Shown here one piece after another: positions 20,545 through 29,778 of a DNA stretch of 32,049 nucleotides. Where the stretch lies: contig JADINF010000140.1 of assembly GCA_017694145.1 (NCBI GenBank), positions 1 through 32,049 on the forward strand. The letters are read 5' to 3'. How positions within the stretch are numbered: the first letter of the stretch is position 1; each line of letters begins with the position of its first letter. This DNA comes from Candidatus Stercoripulliclostridium pullicola (GTDB lineage: Bacteria; Bacillota; Clostridia; Christensenellales; DTU072). Position numbers and translations under genes: made by a program. The notes under the pieces are model-generated. The model did not search any database, was not told the DNA's origin, and worked only from the letters and a program-made list of their open reading frames with translations.

Positions 20545-21795
20545 TTAACCTTTTAACTCCTCCTGAAGTTTATCGAGCTCGACGATCTTTTCGGACCCGT
20601 CGGACATTCTTCTTAAAGCGGCTTTACCGCTCGCTATTTCGTCGCCGCCCAGAACGAGCGTGTACTCGTAACCGCGCTTGCCTGCGTATTTCATCTGCGC
20701 TTTGAGGCTTCTGGACATAAGATCGGTATCCGCCGAAACGCCCGAAGCGCGAAGCGCGTTCACTATTTTATATGCGGCAGCGGCTTCCGCGGCGGTAAGA
20801 GGCGCGATATACAATTTCGGTATTTCGGGCTTCCCTACCGGTAAATTCAGGCTCTCGAGCACTAGCAAAAGCCTCTCGAGTCCCATTCCGAAACCTACCG
20901 CGGGGGTATGCTTGCCGCCCACCTCTTCGACGAGGTTATTGTATCTTCCGCCGCCGCATACGGTGCCCTGCGCGCCTATCGACGTGGAGATGAATTCGAA
21001 TACCGTGCGCGTATAATAGTCGAGCCCGCGCACTATCATCGGATTGACCTTATATGCCATTCCGAGCGAATCGAGTATAGCCTTGAGCGCTTCGTGGTGC
21101 GCCGCGCAGTCTGTGCAGAGATAATCTATCGTTTTGGGCGCGCCCGCGGTTATCCGCTTGCACCCCTCTTCTTTACAGTCGAGTATACGCAGAGGATTCT
21201 TTACGTAACGCTCCCTGCACACGGGGCACATCTCGTCGATATTCGCGGCGAGATATTCTCTGAGCGCGCGGTTGTATTCCGCTCTGCACTTCGCGCAACC
21301 GATGCTGTTTATATTGAGTTCGAGCTCGGTAACTCCGAGTTTGGTGAAAAGCGTTTTCGCTACGAGTATCGCTTCCGCGTCGGCGTAGGCGGAATCGGAG
21401 CCGTATATCTCCACGCCGAATTGATGATGTTCGCGAAGTCTGCCCGCCTGCGGGCGCTCGTAACGGAATACCGGGGTGAGATAATACATCTTGACCGGTT
21501 GGGCGCCGTCGGCGAGGTTGCCCTCGATATACGCGCGGGCGACTCCCGCCGTACCTTCGGGCTTGAGAGTCATGCTCCTGCCGCCCTTATCGTCGAAGGT
21601 ATACATCTCCTTGTTGACTATATCGGTGGTTTCTCCCACGCCGCGGGCAAAAAGCTCGGTGTGCTCGAAAGTGGGCGTACGGATCTCGTTCAGTCCGAAC
21701 GCTTCCGCCGTTTCGCGCACCGTTTTTTCGATATAGTGCCATTTGTAACTTTCTGCGGGTAATACGTCCTTGGTACCCTTGGGAATATTGATCAT
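20545..21795 (-). CDS. hisS: histidine--tRNA ligase
   Basis: PKGTKDVLP, motif 2 FRYERPQAGRLREHHQFGVE, then GGGRYNNL and AVGFGMGLERL. Length is 416 aa, and its stop codon abuts the aspS ATG with a 0-nt gap. Confidence 0.97.
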   Translation of the reverse strand: MINIPKGTKDVLPAESYKWHYIEKTVRETAEAFGLNEIRTPTFEHTELFARGVGETTDIVNKEMYTFDDKGGRSMTLKPEGTAGVARAYIEGNLADGAQPVKMYYLTPVFRYERPQAGRLREHHQFGVEIYGSDSAYADAEAILVAKTLFTKLGVTELELNINSIGCAKCRAEYNRALREYLAANIDEMCPVCRERYVKNPLRILDCKEEGCKRITAGAPKTIDYLCTDCAAHHEALKAILDSLGMAYKVNPMIVRGLDYYTRTVFEFISTSIGAQGTVCGGGRYNNLVEEVGGKHTPAVGFGMGLERLLLVLESLNLPVGKPEIPKLYIAPLTAAEAAAAYKIVNALRASGVSADTDLMSRSLKAQMKYAGKRGYEYTLVLGGDEIASGKAALRRMSDGSEKIVELDKLQEELKG

Positions 21796-21839
21796 ATAAT
21801 ATTTATCCTTGTGTTATGCGCGCTTCGGCGCGTAAGAGT

Positions 21840-23147
21840 TTAGAGTATATATTTCTTGAGGTTCATACGCTTCTTTACCCCTTCCATGTGCTCCGAAACG
21901 TATTTGCGGTCGATGACCACTTCTATTTCGTCGTGATCGCCGGAGGCGTTGAAGCTTATGTCTTCGAGCAACGTTTCCATGACGGTATGCAGTCTGCGCG
22001 CGCCGATATTCTCGTTGTTCTCGTTCTCGAGGAAGGCTATCTCCGCAAGCTCGTCGATAGCTTCGTCGGTGAACTTGAGTTTGACGTTATCGACTCCGAG
22101 CAAAGCCGCGTACTGCATGATGATGGCGTTGTCGGGCTCTTTCAGTATCTTGCTGAAATCCTCGCGCGTAAGGCTGTTGAGCTCGACGAGCACCGGGAAC
22201 CTGCCCTGCAATTCGGGGATAAGGTCGTTCACTTTCGCTATATGGAAAGCGCCCGCCGCTATGAAAAGTATGAAGTCGGTGCGGATATTGCCGTACTTCG
22301 TATTGACCGTGCAGCCTTCGACGATGGGAAGAATGTCGCGCTGAACGCCCTCTCTCGAAACGTCGGGTCCGTTGACGTTTCCTTTGCTCGCTATCTTGTC
22401 CATCTCGTCGATGAATATAATACCGTCCTGCTCGGCGCGGCGCACTCCTTCGGCGTTGATGGAGTCGTCGTCGATAAGCTTCGACGCTTCCGCTTTCGTC
22501 AGAAGGTCGTAAGCCTCTCTCACGGTGACCTTGCGCTTCTTGGTCTGCTTGGGCATGAGCCTCATGAACTCGCCGAGATTGGTCTCGTTGCCGCCGATGG
22601 GTCCCAGCTGTAAAGGCTGTGCCTGAACGGGCATATCCATCTCTATCATTATTTTGTCGAGCTTGCCGGAATTGAGCTCGGCGGTGAGCGTTTCGCGTAT
22701 TTCCGCGTCGCTCATCTCGGGGCGGCTCTTTTTCCTTGCGGGGAACAGTCCGTCCACAAGCTTACGCTCCGCGGCTTCCTTCGCCTTGGGCTCCACTTCG
22801 GCTATCTTTTCCTCTCTAACGAGCCTTATAGCACATTCCACGAGATCGCGCACCATGGACTCGACGTCCCTGCCTACGTATCCCACTTCGGTGAATTTGG
22901 TAGCCTCAACTTTAACGAAGGGAGCTTTGACGAGTTTCGCGAGCCTTCTCGCTATCTCCGTCTTACCGACGCCCGTGGGTCCCTGCATTATGATGTTTTT
23001 CGGAGTGATCTCCTCGCGCACTTCGGGCGCAAGGCGCGATCTTCTGTACCTGTTGCGCAGAGCTATCGCTACCGCTTTTTTCGCTTCGGACTGACCGATG
23101 ATGTATCTGTCGAGTTCCGCTACTATCTGTCTGGGAGTGAATTCCAT
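21840..23147 (-). CDS. hslU: ATP-dependent protease ATPase subunit HslU (ClpY)
   Basis: N-terminal TPRQIVAELDRYIIGQ..AKKAVAIALRNR, Walker A GPTGVGKTEIARRLAK and Walker B IIFIDEMDKI. Length is 435 aa, following hslV. Confidence 0.96.
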   Translation of the reverse strand: MEFTPRQIVAELDRYIIGQSEAKKAVAIALRNRYRRSRLAPEVREEITPKNIIMQGPTGVGKTEIARRLAKLVKAPFVKVEATKFTEVGYVGRDVESMVRDLVECAIRLVREEKIAEVEPKAKEAAERKLVDGLFPARKKSRPEMSDAEIRETLTAELNSGKLDKIMIEMDMPVQAQPLQLGPIGGNETNLGEFMRLMPKQTKKRKVTVREAYDLLTKAEASKLIDDDSINAEGVRRAEQDGIIFIDEMDKIASKGNVNGPDVSREGVQRDILPIVEGCTVNTKYGNIRTDFILFIAAGAFHIAKVNDLIPELQGRFPVLVELNSLTREDFSKILKEPDNAIIMQYAALLGVDNVKLKFTDEAIDELAEIAFLENENNENIGARRLHTVMETLLEDISFNASGDHDEIEVVIDRKYVSEHMEGVKKRMNLKKYIL

Positions 23148-23157
23148 AACGCCCTCC

Positions 23158-23694
23158 TTACACGGTTTCCACCGTGACCTGATGATTGGTGAATACGCAC
23201 AGATCCGCCGCTATCTTGAGCGCCTTACGCACTATCGTTTCGGCGTCGTAATCGGTATTCTCTTTAAGCGCGCGCGCAGCGCTCAAAGCGTAATTGCCTC
23301 CCGAACCTATCGCGCAGACTCCGCTCTCCGGCTCGATGATTTCGCCCGTTCCGCTCACTATAAGTAAATTGTCCTTGTCGGCGGTTATAAGCATTGCTTC
23401 GAGCTTGCGAGCCTTGTCCTGACGCCACAGTTCCGCGAGCTCCACAGCCGCTCTCATGAGGTTGCCGCTGAACTTACGGAGCATTTCCTCGAATTTTTCG
23501 CTCAACGCGAACGCGTCCGATACCGAACCCGCGAAGCCGACGACGACTTTGCCGTCGTATATCCTTTTAACTTTTACCGCGTTACTTTTGAATATAACGC
23601 TTTCGCCGAAGGTGACCTGTCCGTCCCCTCCGATTGCGGTCACGCCGTTCAATTTGACGGCGCAGATCGTGGTTCCTCTGAATTCTGCGGTCAT
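23158..23694 (-). CDS. hslV: ATP-dependent protease peptidase subunit HslV (ClpQ)
   Basis: N-terminal GTTICAV..., GGDGQVTFG and [10 protein letters not shown] motifs. It has a short Bacillus CodW-like N-terminal extension before the catalytic Thr/Ser region. Length is 178 aa. Confidence 0.95.
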   Translation of the reverse strand: MTAEFRGTTICAVKLNGVTAIGGDGQVTFGESVIFKSNAVKVKRIYDGKVVVGFAGSVSDAFALSEKFEEMLRKFSGNLMRAAVELAELWRQDKARKLEAMLITADKDNLLIVSGTGEIIEPESGVCAIGSGGNYALSAARALKENTDYDAETIVRKALKIAADLCVFTNHQVTVETV

Positions 23695-23698
23695 ATTG

Positions 23699-25000
23699 TC
23701 AGACCTCCTTTATTTCTTCTAAATAGTCGCCGAGATCGGCTATCGCCCTTTCGGCGTATGCGAGCTTACGCTCTTTCTTACCTTTTACGTTTGCTTCGAG
23801 CGGTGGCACCAAGGCGAAACTCACGTGCATCGGTTGATATTCGCCGGGATATTCCGCAACGTACTTTACAAGACTGCCGCACATTGTGGTCGCTGGAAGC
23901 GTTATCGGCGGTTTGCCGAGAAGCCTTCTCGCGAGCGAGATACCCGCTATCATGCCGGACATAGCCGATTCCATATAGCCTTCGACGCCCGTCATCTGCC
24001 CCGCGAAATACACGCCGTTACTTCCTTTAAGCATGAAATTTTCGTCGAGAAGTCCGGGCGCATTCAGGAAGGTGTTGCGGTGCATGACTCCGTATCGCAC
24101 GAATTCCGCGTCGCGAAGGGCGGGTATCAGCCCGAATACCCTGCGCTGTTCGGGGAAAGTGAGATTGGTCTGGAAACCTACGATATTCGCGAGTTTTCCC
24201 TCTCTGTCCTCGGCGCGTAACTGTACGATAGCGTAGAAACGGTTGCCTTCGGAGTCGCGTAGCCCAACTGGGCGCAACGGTCCGAAACGAAGCGCGTCCG
24301 CGCCCCTTGCCGCCATCACTTCCACGGGCATACAGCCTTCGAAAACGTCGCCTTTCTCGAAGTCGCGCAGTACCACCCTCTCCGCGCCTACGAGCTCTCC
24401 GACGAATACCTCGTATTCCTCCCTACTCATCGGGCAGTTAAGGTAATCGGCGCTTCCCTTGCCGTAACGCGAAGAATAGAAGGCTTTGCTCATATCCACC
24501 GAATCGAGCGACACGATGGGAGCCACCGCGTCGTAAAAATGCAGTCTGCCTCCGCCGGTATATCCGTCTATCGCTTCGTACAGCTTATCCGAAGTAAGCG
24601 GTCCCGTCGCTATGACGGTGTCGGGAGTTATCTCCGTAACCTCCTCGCGCAACAGTCTGAAATTGTCAAATTCCGAGAGAGTTCTTTCGACCTCGCGGGA
24701 AAAAGCCTCTCTGTCTACGGCGAGCGCGCCGCCTGCGGGTACCGCCGCGCGCGAAGCGCATTCCGTTATCATCGCGCCGAGCATACTCATTTCTTTTTTG
24801 AGCAAGCCCTGCGCCGTACCTACGTCGGTACTTTTGAGAGAATTGGAGCACACGAGCTCCGCAAGCTCTCCCGTCTTATGCGCCGGCGTCATCCGAGTCG
24901 GGCGCATTTCGTAAAGCTCGACGCCGAAACCGCGTTTCAGAAGCTGATAAGCAGCTTCCGTTCCCGCGAGCCCGCCGCCCACGACCCTTACGGTCTTCAT
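23699..25000 (-). CDS. trmFO: methylenetetrahydrofolate--tRNA-(uracil-5-)-methyltransferase TrmFO (Gid)
   Basis: FAD-binding [15 protein letters not shown], then VCSNSLKS and [12 protein letters not shown]. Length is 433 aa, and the ATG overlaps the topA stop (ATGA). Confidence 0.95.
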   Translation of the reverse strand: MKTVRVVGGGLAGTEAAYQLLKRGFGVELYEMRPTRMTPAHKTGELAELVCSNSLKSTDVGTAQGLLKKEMSMLGAMITECASRAAVPAGGALAVDREAFSREVERTLSEFDNFRLLREEVTEITPDTVIATGPLTSDKLYEAIDGYTGGGRLHFYDAVAPIVSLDSVDMSKAFYSSRYGKGSADYLNCPMSREEYEVFVGELVGAERVVLRDFEKGDVFEGCMPVEVMAARGADALRFGPLRPVGLRDSEGNRFYAIVQLRAEDREGKLANIVGFQTNLTFPEQRRVFGLIPALRDAEFVRYGVMHRNTFLNAPGLLDENFMLKGSNGVYFAGQMTGVEGYMESAMSGMIAGISLARRLLGKPPITLPATTMCGSLVKYVAEYPGEYQPMHVSFALVPPLEANVKGKKERKLAYAERAIADLGDYLEEIKEV

Positions 25001-27108
25001 TTCTCTTCCTTACCCGCGAACACGGTATGGTTGCATGTCTTGTCCGTGCAGACGTAACGCTTGCCGTCGGAATCTTCCACTATCCTCATCGTCTTGCCGC
25101 ATTTAGGGCAAAGTATCGGAGCGGGGATCTCCCAGCTCATGAACTTGCATTTCGGATAGTTGGCGCACCCGTAGAATATTTTACCCGTCTTGCTGTAACG
25201 CTTCGTTATGTCGCCGCCGCATACGGGGCACTTGCCCACGGGCTCCACGAAATTCTTGATGTTCTTGCAGGCGGGATAATTGGGACAGGCGAGGAACTTT
25301 CCGTACCTGCCTTCCTTGATTATCATTCGCTCGCCGCATTTCTCGCAGATCACGTCGCTGACGTCCTCGGGCAATACCACTTTGCGCGTTCCGTTATACG
25401 CCGCGCGCGCCACTTCGTCGGCAAATCCCGGATAGAAATCCTCTATAATCTTCTGCCACTCGGCGCCGTGCTCTATCTTGTCGAGCTTCGACTCCATATC
25501 GGCGGTGAAATGTATGTCCACGATGTTACGGAACCATTGTTCCATAAATTCGGTTACCGTTTCGCCGAGTTGCGTGGGTTTGAACAGCTTTTGCTCTTTC
25601 GTCACGTACTCGCGTTTGGTAAGCACCGATATCACCGTCGCGTAAGTGGACGGTCTGCCGATACCGTTTTCCTCCATCGCTTTGATGAGCGTGGCTTCGG
25701 AATAGCGCGGAAGCGGTTTGGTGAATTTCTGCTCCGTCTTAATGTTGCGCAGGTTGAGTTTGTCGCCGTCCTCGAGCGCGGGAAGATTTCCCGAATTCTC
25801 GTTCTCCTCGTCGTCCGAATTCTTCTCTACCTCGTACACCGCCGTATAGCCCTTGAACACGAGCGCCTTACCGGAAGCTTTGAAACCGTAATTGTCGCCG
25901 CTCACGGTATCCGCTTCGACTCGCACGGTCATCGTATTATATACGGCGTCGGTCATCTGGCTCGCGAGATAACGGTCGTAAATGAGCTTGTACAACCTGT
26001 AATGATTGCGCGGCAGTTTGTCCTGAAGGCTCTCCGGCGAACGCATGAGATTGACGGGACGGATAGCTTCGTGAGCGTCCTGTACGTTCTGCGCTTTGGT
26101 GGCGTAATAATTGGGTTTCTGCGGAGCGTATTCGTCGCCGAATTTCTTGCGGATGAAGTCGAGCGTCAACGCCTGCATATCCGCCGAAATACGTACCGAG
26201 TCCGTTCTGATATAAGTAACGAGCGCCGTCTGTCCTTCGCCGGGAATGTCCACGCCTTCGTACAGCTGTTGCGCTATCTGCATTATCTGCGGCGCGCTCA
26301 ATCCGAGTTTCTGCGAGCCGTCCTGCTGTAAAGTGGAAGTCGTGAACGGAGCCGCGGGACGCGAACGCGAAACGCCGCGCTTGACTTTGTCCACCTTCCA
26401 CGAAGCGCCTTCGAGCGCCGAAAGCAACGTCTTTACTTCGTCCTCGCAGGTAAGCTTCACTTTTGAGCCCGCGTGATCCGCAAGCATCGCTTTGAATACG
26501 GGAGAACGCTCGCCCGCTTTCGTGAGATGAGCCGTCACGTTCCAGTATTCCTGCGGCACGAAAGCGTTTATTTCGCGTTCTCTGTCCACTATCATCTTAA
26601 GCGCCGCGGACTGCACCCTGCCGCCCGAAAGTCCGCTCTTTATTTTGCGCGACAGTATGGGGCTGACTTTGTAGCCCACGAGCCTGTCGAGCACGCGGCG
26701 CGCCTGTTGCGCGTCCACAAGGTTCATATTGATGGCGCGCGGCGCTTCTATGGCGCTACGTACCGCTTTGGAAGTGATCTCGTTGAATTCTATACGGTTT
26801 TTAAGTCCGTTGAGTCCGAGATGATTGGCAAGATGCCAGCTTATCGCTTCCCCTTCGCGGTCAGGGTCCGTCGCAAGATAGGTGAAATCGGAATCCTTTA
26901 CTTCCTTCCTCAACCTCTTGATGAGTTCCTTCTTTTTGGCGTCCGTCACGACGTATTCGGGCTTGAATCTGTCGGCAATGTCTATGCCGAGCGTCTTGGG
27001 CGGCAGATCGCATATATGCCCGCCCGACGCCATTACTCTGTAACCCTGCCCGAGATACTTCTGAATCGTTTTTGCCTTGGAAGGCGACTCGACTATAACT
27101 AACTTCAT
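24997..27108 (-). CDS. topA: DNA topoisomerase I (type IA)
   Basis: TOPRIM region LVIVESPSKAKTIQKYLG and ATDPDREGEAISWH, active-site Tyr context YIRTDSVR, and three C-terminal C4 zinc ribbons (CEKCG...CPNYPAC; CPVCG...CANYPKC; CPKCG...CTDKTC). Length is 703 aa. Confidence 0.97.
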   Translation of the reverse strand: MKLVIVESPSKAKTIQKYLGQGYRVMASGGHICDLPPKTLGIDIADRFKPEYVVTDAKKKELIKRLRKEVKDSDFTYLATDPDREGEAISWHLANHLGLNGLKNRIEFNEITSKAVRSAIEAPRAINMNLVDAQQARRVLDRLVGYKVSPILSRKIKSGLSGGRVQSAALKMIVDREREINAFVPQEYWNVTAHLTKAGERSPVFKAMLADHAGSKVKLTCEDEVKTLLSALEGASWKVDKVKRGVSRSRPAAPFTTSTLQQDGSQKLGLSAPQIMQIAQQLYEGVDIPGEGQTALVTYIRTDSVRISADMQALTLDFIRKKFGDEYAPQKPNYYATKAQNVQDAHEAIRPVNLMRSPESLQDKLPRNHYRLYKLIYDRYLASQMTDAVYNTMTVRVEADTVSGDNYGFKASGKALVFKGYTAVYEVEKNSDDEENENSGNLPALEDGDKLNLRNIKTEQKFTKPLPRYSEATLIKAMEENGIGRPSTYATVISVLTKREYVTKEQKLFKPTQLGETVTEFMEQWFRNIVDIHFTADMESKLDKIEHGAEWQKIIEDFYPGFADEVARAAYNGTRKVVLPEDVSDVICEKCGERMIIKEGRYGKFLACPNYPACKNIKNFVEPVGKCPVCGGDITKRYSKTGKIFYGCANYPKCKFMSWEIPAPILCPKCGKTMRIVEDSDGKRYVCTDKTCNHTVFAGKEEK

Positions 27109-27109
27109 T

Positions 27110-28195
27110 CTATACTCCGTAATAATTGTTTTCCAGTTTTCTGATGAGCCCGTTGAGCTCCATTCTGACGAGCAAAGCGTTGAGATCGCTCACTCCGAGT
27201 CCCGTTATCGCGAGAAGATCGTCGAAACTCACTTCGCTGTACGAGAGCGCGTCGAGTATCCTCTCTTCCGTGAAATCGAGTTGCATAACGCTCGCGGGCT
27301 CGTCGGGAGCCGCGCAAATGCCGAGCGCGTCCGATACGTCGTCGGGACTCAATACCATTGCGCCCTGCAGACTTTTGAGAAGTCTGTTACACCCCGCTCC
27401 GCGAGGAGAGTTCAGCGCGGAAGGTATGACGAAAAGCTCCTTACCCTGTTTGACCGCATAGTCCGCGGTGATGAGCGAACCGCTTTTCAGTCCCGCTTCG
27501 GTGACGAGCACGCCTGCGGACAATCCGCTTATAAGCCTGTTGCGTTCCGGGAAATTATACGCAAGCGCGGGCGTACCCGGCGCGTATTCCGTTACCACCA
27601 GTCCTTTGCGGGCGATATCGTCGCACAATACGGCGTTGGAAGCGGGGAAAACGACGTCAATACCCGTCGCAACGACCGCAACTGTTTTCCCGTCGTTCAT
27701 AAGCGCAGTTCTGTGAGCTACGGCGTCCACTCCGCGCGCAAGTCCCGACACTATCGTCAGTTTAAGTTTCGCGAGCGCCGACACGAATTTCTCCGTACAT
27801 TGCCTTCCGTACATCGAAGGTTCGCGCGTGCCCACCACGCCCAGACAACGGCTCTTCAAAAGCGAAACGTCGCCTTTGTAATAGAGTATTGCCGGCGGGT
27901 TGAATATATTTTCGAGCGAAGCGGGATATTCCGCGTCGCCCCTTACGATGAACTCCGCGCCCGAAGCTTCGAGAGTGCGCATGATGTCTTCGACGGGCTT
28001 GGGATCGCTTTTGCCGAAACGCAGTTTCGCCGCCGCTTCGCCTATCAGCTCTTTCGCTTTCCCGAAATACTTTTCGGGACAGGCGTACAGCTCTTCGGGC
28101 GGTATCTCCGCCGTAAGTTTGTTTATCTTTGCGGAACCGAGTCCCGCTACCGCGTTCAGCCAAAGTACCGCCGCGCGCCTGTCAGTCGATCTCAT
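27110..28195 (-). CDS. dprA: DNA processing/protecting protein DprA (Smf)
   Basis: Rossmann-like DprA core (VVGTREPSMYG..., SGLARGVDAVAHRTAL, VVATGIDVVFP, VTEYAPGT) and a C-terminal winged-helix-like region. It sits upstream of topA, as smf does in B. subtilis. I prefer the ATG at 28195, which has GAGGGAG 7 nt upstream, over the track's TTG at 28234, which has no SD. Confidence 0.9.
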   Translation of the reverse strand: MRSTDRRAAVLWLNAVAGLGSAKINKLTAEIPPEELYACPEKYFGKAKELIGEAAAKLRFGKSDPKPVEDIMRTLEASGAEFIVRGDAEYPASLENIFNPPAILYYKGDVSLLKSRCLGVVGTREPSMYGRQCTEKFVSALAKLKLTIVSGLARGVDAVAHRTALMNDGKTVAVVATGIDVVFPASNAVLCDDIARKGLVVTEYAPGTPALAYNFPERNRLISGLSAGVLVTEAGLKSGSLITADYAVKQGKELFVIPSALNSPRGAGCNRLLKSLQGAMVLSPDDVSDALGICAAPDEPASVMQLDFTEERILDALSYSEVSFDDLLAITGLGVSDLNALLVRMELNGLIRKLENNYYGV

Positions 28196-29723
28196 TGCCC
28201 GGCTCCCTCGTCTTGAATTGTATCGCTTCGGCAAGGTCGTTGACCGTTATGTTTTCCCTGCCGTCTATGTCCGCCACCGTGCGCGCCACTTTCAATATCC
28301 TCGTAACGCTGCGCGCGCTGAGCGAATACCTACGGAACGCCTGTTCGAGCAGTTTCTCCGAAGCCTCGTCCAGCCTGCAATACTTCTCGATAAGCCTGTT
28401 ATTCATCTCCGCGTTGACGTGTATCTTCTCCCCGGCGAAACGCTCCCTTTGTATCGCGCGGGCGCGTTCCACGCGGGCTTTCACGTCCAAACTGCTTTCG
28501 CCTGCAGGAGCCGAACGCAATTCGTCGTATTCCACTCCGTCCACCGTCACGTAGAGGTCTATCCTGTCGAGAAGCGGTCCCGATATCTTACCCGCGTACC
28601 TCTTACGCTCCGCGTACGTACAGGTACATTGTTTATTCTTGTCACGCGAACCGTAATTGCCGCAAGGACAGGGATTCATGCTCGCTACCAACATAAACCG
28701 CGCGGGATATTCTATCGAACGCGCTACGCGCGTAACGGTCACCACGCCGTCTTCTATGGGTTGGCGCAAGGTTTCGAGCGTCTTTTTGTTGTATTCCGGC
28801 ATTTCGTCAAGGAACAAAACGCCGTTATGCGCAAGGCTCACCTCACCGCAAACGCTTTTGCTTCCGCCGCCTATAAGACTCATAAGACTGGCGGTGTGAT
28901 GCGGCGAACGGAAAGGTCTGACCGTGACCATTCCTTCGTCGGGATCGAGTATGCCCGCGACGCTGTGTATCTTGGTCGTTTCGATGGCTTCCTCGAAAGT
29001 CATGTCGGGCATTATCGTAGGTATGCACTTGGCAAGCAACGTTTTTCCCGCGCCCGCGGTACCGCACATAAGGAGATTGTGCCCGCCGCTTACGGCTATC
29101 TCGAGGGCTCTTTTCGCCAGCGTCTGCCCTTTGACGTATTTGAGATCCACGTCATATTTATTGACCGCCGCGACCGAAGAATACAGTCTGTGTCGCACGG
29201 GCGCAAGATCTTTGAGTCCTCCGAGGAAGGCGCATGCGTCCGCGAGATTTTGGGGAGCGTAGACCTCTATGCCCCGTATGTAACTCGCTTCCGCGGCGTT
29301 ACCTTCGGGGATAATGAATTTTTTGTACCCTTTCTGCAACGCCGATATAAGTATCGGCATCACTCCGCTTATCCGTCTTAAGCTACCGTCGAGCGACAGC
29401 TCTCCGAGCATCACGAATTCGTTAAGCCTTTCGGTGGATATCTGCTCCGTTCCGGCAAGGAAACCTACGGCTATCGGGAAGTCGAATGCGGAGCCCTCTT
29501 TTTTCATGTCGGCGGGAGCGAGATTGACCGTCGTGCGCTTCGGCGTGAAATCGAAATAGGAATTTCTGATAGCCGCGCGCACCCTGTTACGCGCCTCTTT
29601 GACGGCAGCCGACGGAAGCCCCACTATCTCGAAAGAAGCTACCCCTTTTTGGGTATCCACTTCTATGTCTACCGGGTATCCGTTCAATCCGTCGAGCGCG
29701 TAGCTTTTGATTGACGCCAACAT
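28182..29723 (-). CDS. comM: YifB/ComM family Mg-chelatase-like AAA+ ATPase
   Basis: Lon-protease-like N-domain (GYPVDIEVD...GLPSAAVKEARNRV), Walker A GTAGAGKTLLAK, Walker B VLFLDEMPE, and the conserved CPCG Cys cluster (MNPCPCGNYGS...CTC). I prefer the ATG at 29723 (MLASIKSYAL...), which has GGGAGA upstream. The track start at 29738 has no SD. Confidence 0.9.
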   Translation of the reverse strand: MLASIKSYALDGLNGYPVDIEVDTQKGVASFEIVGLPSAAVKEARNRVRAAIRNSYFDFTPKRTTVNLAPADMKKEGSAFDFPIAVGFLAGTEQISTERLNEFVMLGELSLDGSLRRISGVMPILISALQKGYKKFIIPEGNAAEASYIRGIEVYAPQNLADACAFLGGLKDLAPVRHRLYSSVAAVNKYDVDLKYVKGQTLAKRALEIAVSGGHNLLMCGTAGAGKTLLAKCIPTIMPDMTFEEAIETTKIHSVAGILDPDEGMVTVRPFRSPHHTASLMSLIGGGSKSVCGEVSLAHNGVLFLDEMPEYNKKTLETLRQPIEDGVVTVTRVARSIEYPARFMLVASMNPCPCGNYGSRDKNKQCTCTYAERKRYAGKISGPLLDRIDLYVTVDGVEYDELRSAPAGESSLDVKARVERARAIQRERFAGEKIHVNAEMNNRLIEKYCRLDEASEKLLEQAFRRYSLSARSVTRILKVARTVADIDGRENITVNDLAEAIQFKTREPGNEID

Positions 29724-29743
29724 CTCGTTTTCTCCCATTTAGC

Positions 29744-29770
29744 AAACGGGAGCCGCTCGCGGCTCCGTTT
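29744..29770 (-). terminator. terminator-like hairpin between the membrane protein gene and comM (weak U-tract)
   Basis: AAACGGGAGCCG-CTCG-CGGCTCCGTTT: 11 bp with one bulged G and a 4-nt loop, starting 9 nt after the upstream stop codon. On the minus strand only the three stem T's follow before gctaaATG, so termination may be partial. Confidence 0.45.
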
Positions 29771-29778
29771 ACTCGTGT

